Below are positions 63,931 through 64,000 of a stretch of DNA of 64,000 nt, piece by piece. The notes under the pieces are model-generated. The model searched no databases. It was not told the DNA's origin and saw only the letters and a program-made list of their open reading frames with translations. A program made the position numbers and the translations under genes. The DNA comes from Trichosphaerium sp. ATCC 40318 (lineage: Eukaryota > Protista > Tubulinea): NCBI GenBank assembly GCA_038496445.1, contig JALMLS010000374.1:124001-188000 (forward strand), written 5' to 3'. Position 1 is the stretch's first letter, and the number at the start of each line of letters is the position of its first letter.

Positions 63931-64000
63931 CTAAACAAAACAAAGTAGCAGGTTTTTTACATTTGATTAAATTTTGCTCGTTAAAGCAGGTATGTTAAAT

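Noticed and set aside
1-64000. CRISPR arrays, tRNA/rRNA genes, prokaryotic operons or defence systems
   Set aside because: None seen; the DNA is spliceosomal-intron-rich eukaryotic sequence.

Overview
AT-rich (roughly 35% GC by eye), intron-dense eukaryotic DNA from a protist. It is probably an amoebozoan, judging by cpRas, the Roco-like kinase, the cAMP-receptor-like GPCR and G8 proteins; that assignment is inference. The ORF track is fragmented because genes are split by many short introns (mostly about 40-120 nt; donors GTACGT/GTGCGT/GTAAGT, acceptors YAG and often AAG). Splicing by hand gives about 19 genes, in order: a WW-WW-LRR-Roc-partial COR-tyrosine-kinase-type gene, an RGS protein, a crotonase (methylglutaconyl-CoA hydratase-like), two paralogous orphan genes flanking a GPI-anchored beta-helix/CBM6 protein, a small membrane protein, three near-intronless F-box/LRR genes (one frameshifted), cpRas with an extra SAM domain, PPWD1, RPL37, RPS8, PDS5, a Tim17-family gene, a large G8/CEMIP-like-CHRD-DOMON surface protein, NBAS, a GPCR and a small secreted 8-Cys cationic peptide. 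The most notable signals are 4-6 nt microexons, frequent GC-AG donors, a degenerate Roc GTPase fused to a TK-signature kinase, strong window-wide over-representation of the palindrome CACGTG, a ~235-nt rod-like hairpin element, and a duplicated segment carrying a hairpin-bounded micro-inversion around the peptide gene. All gene models are manual and lack transcript support.
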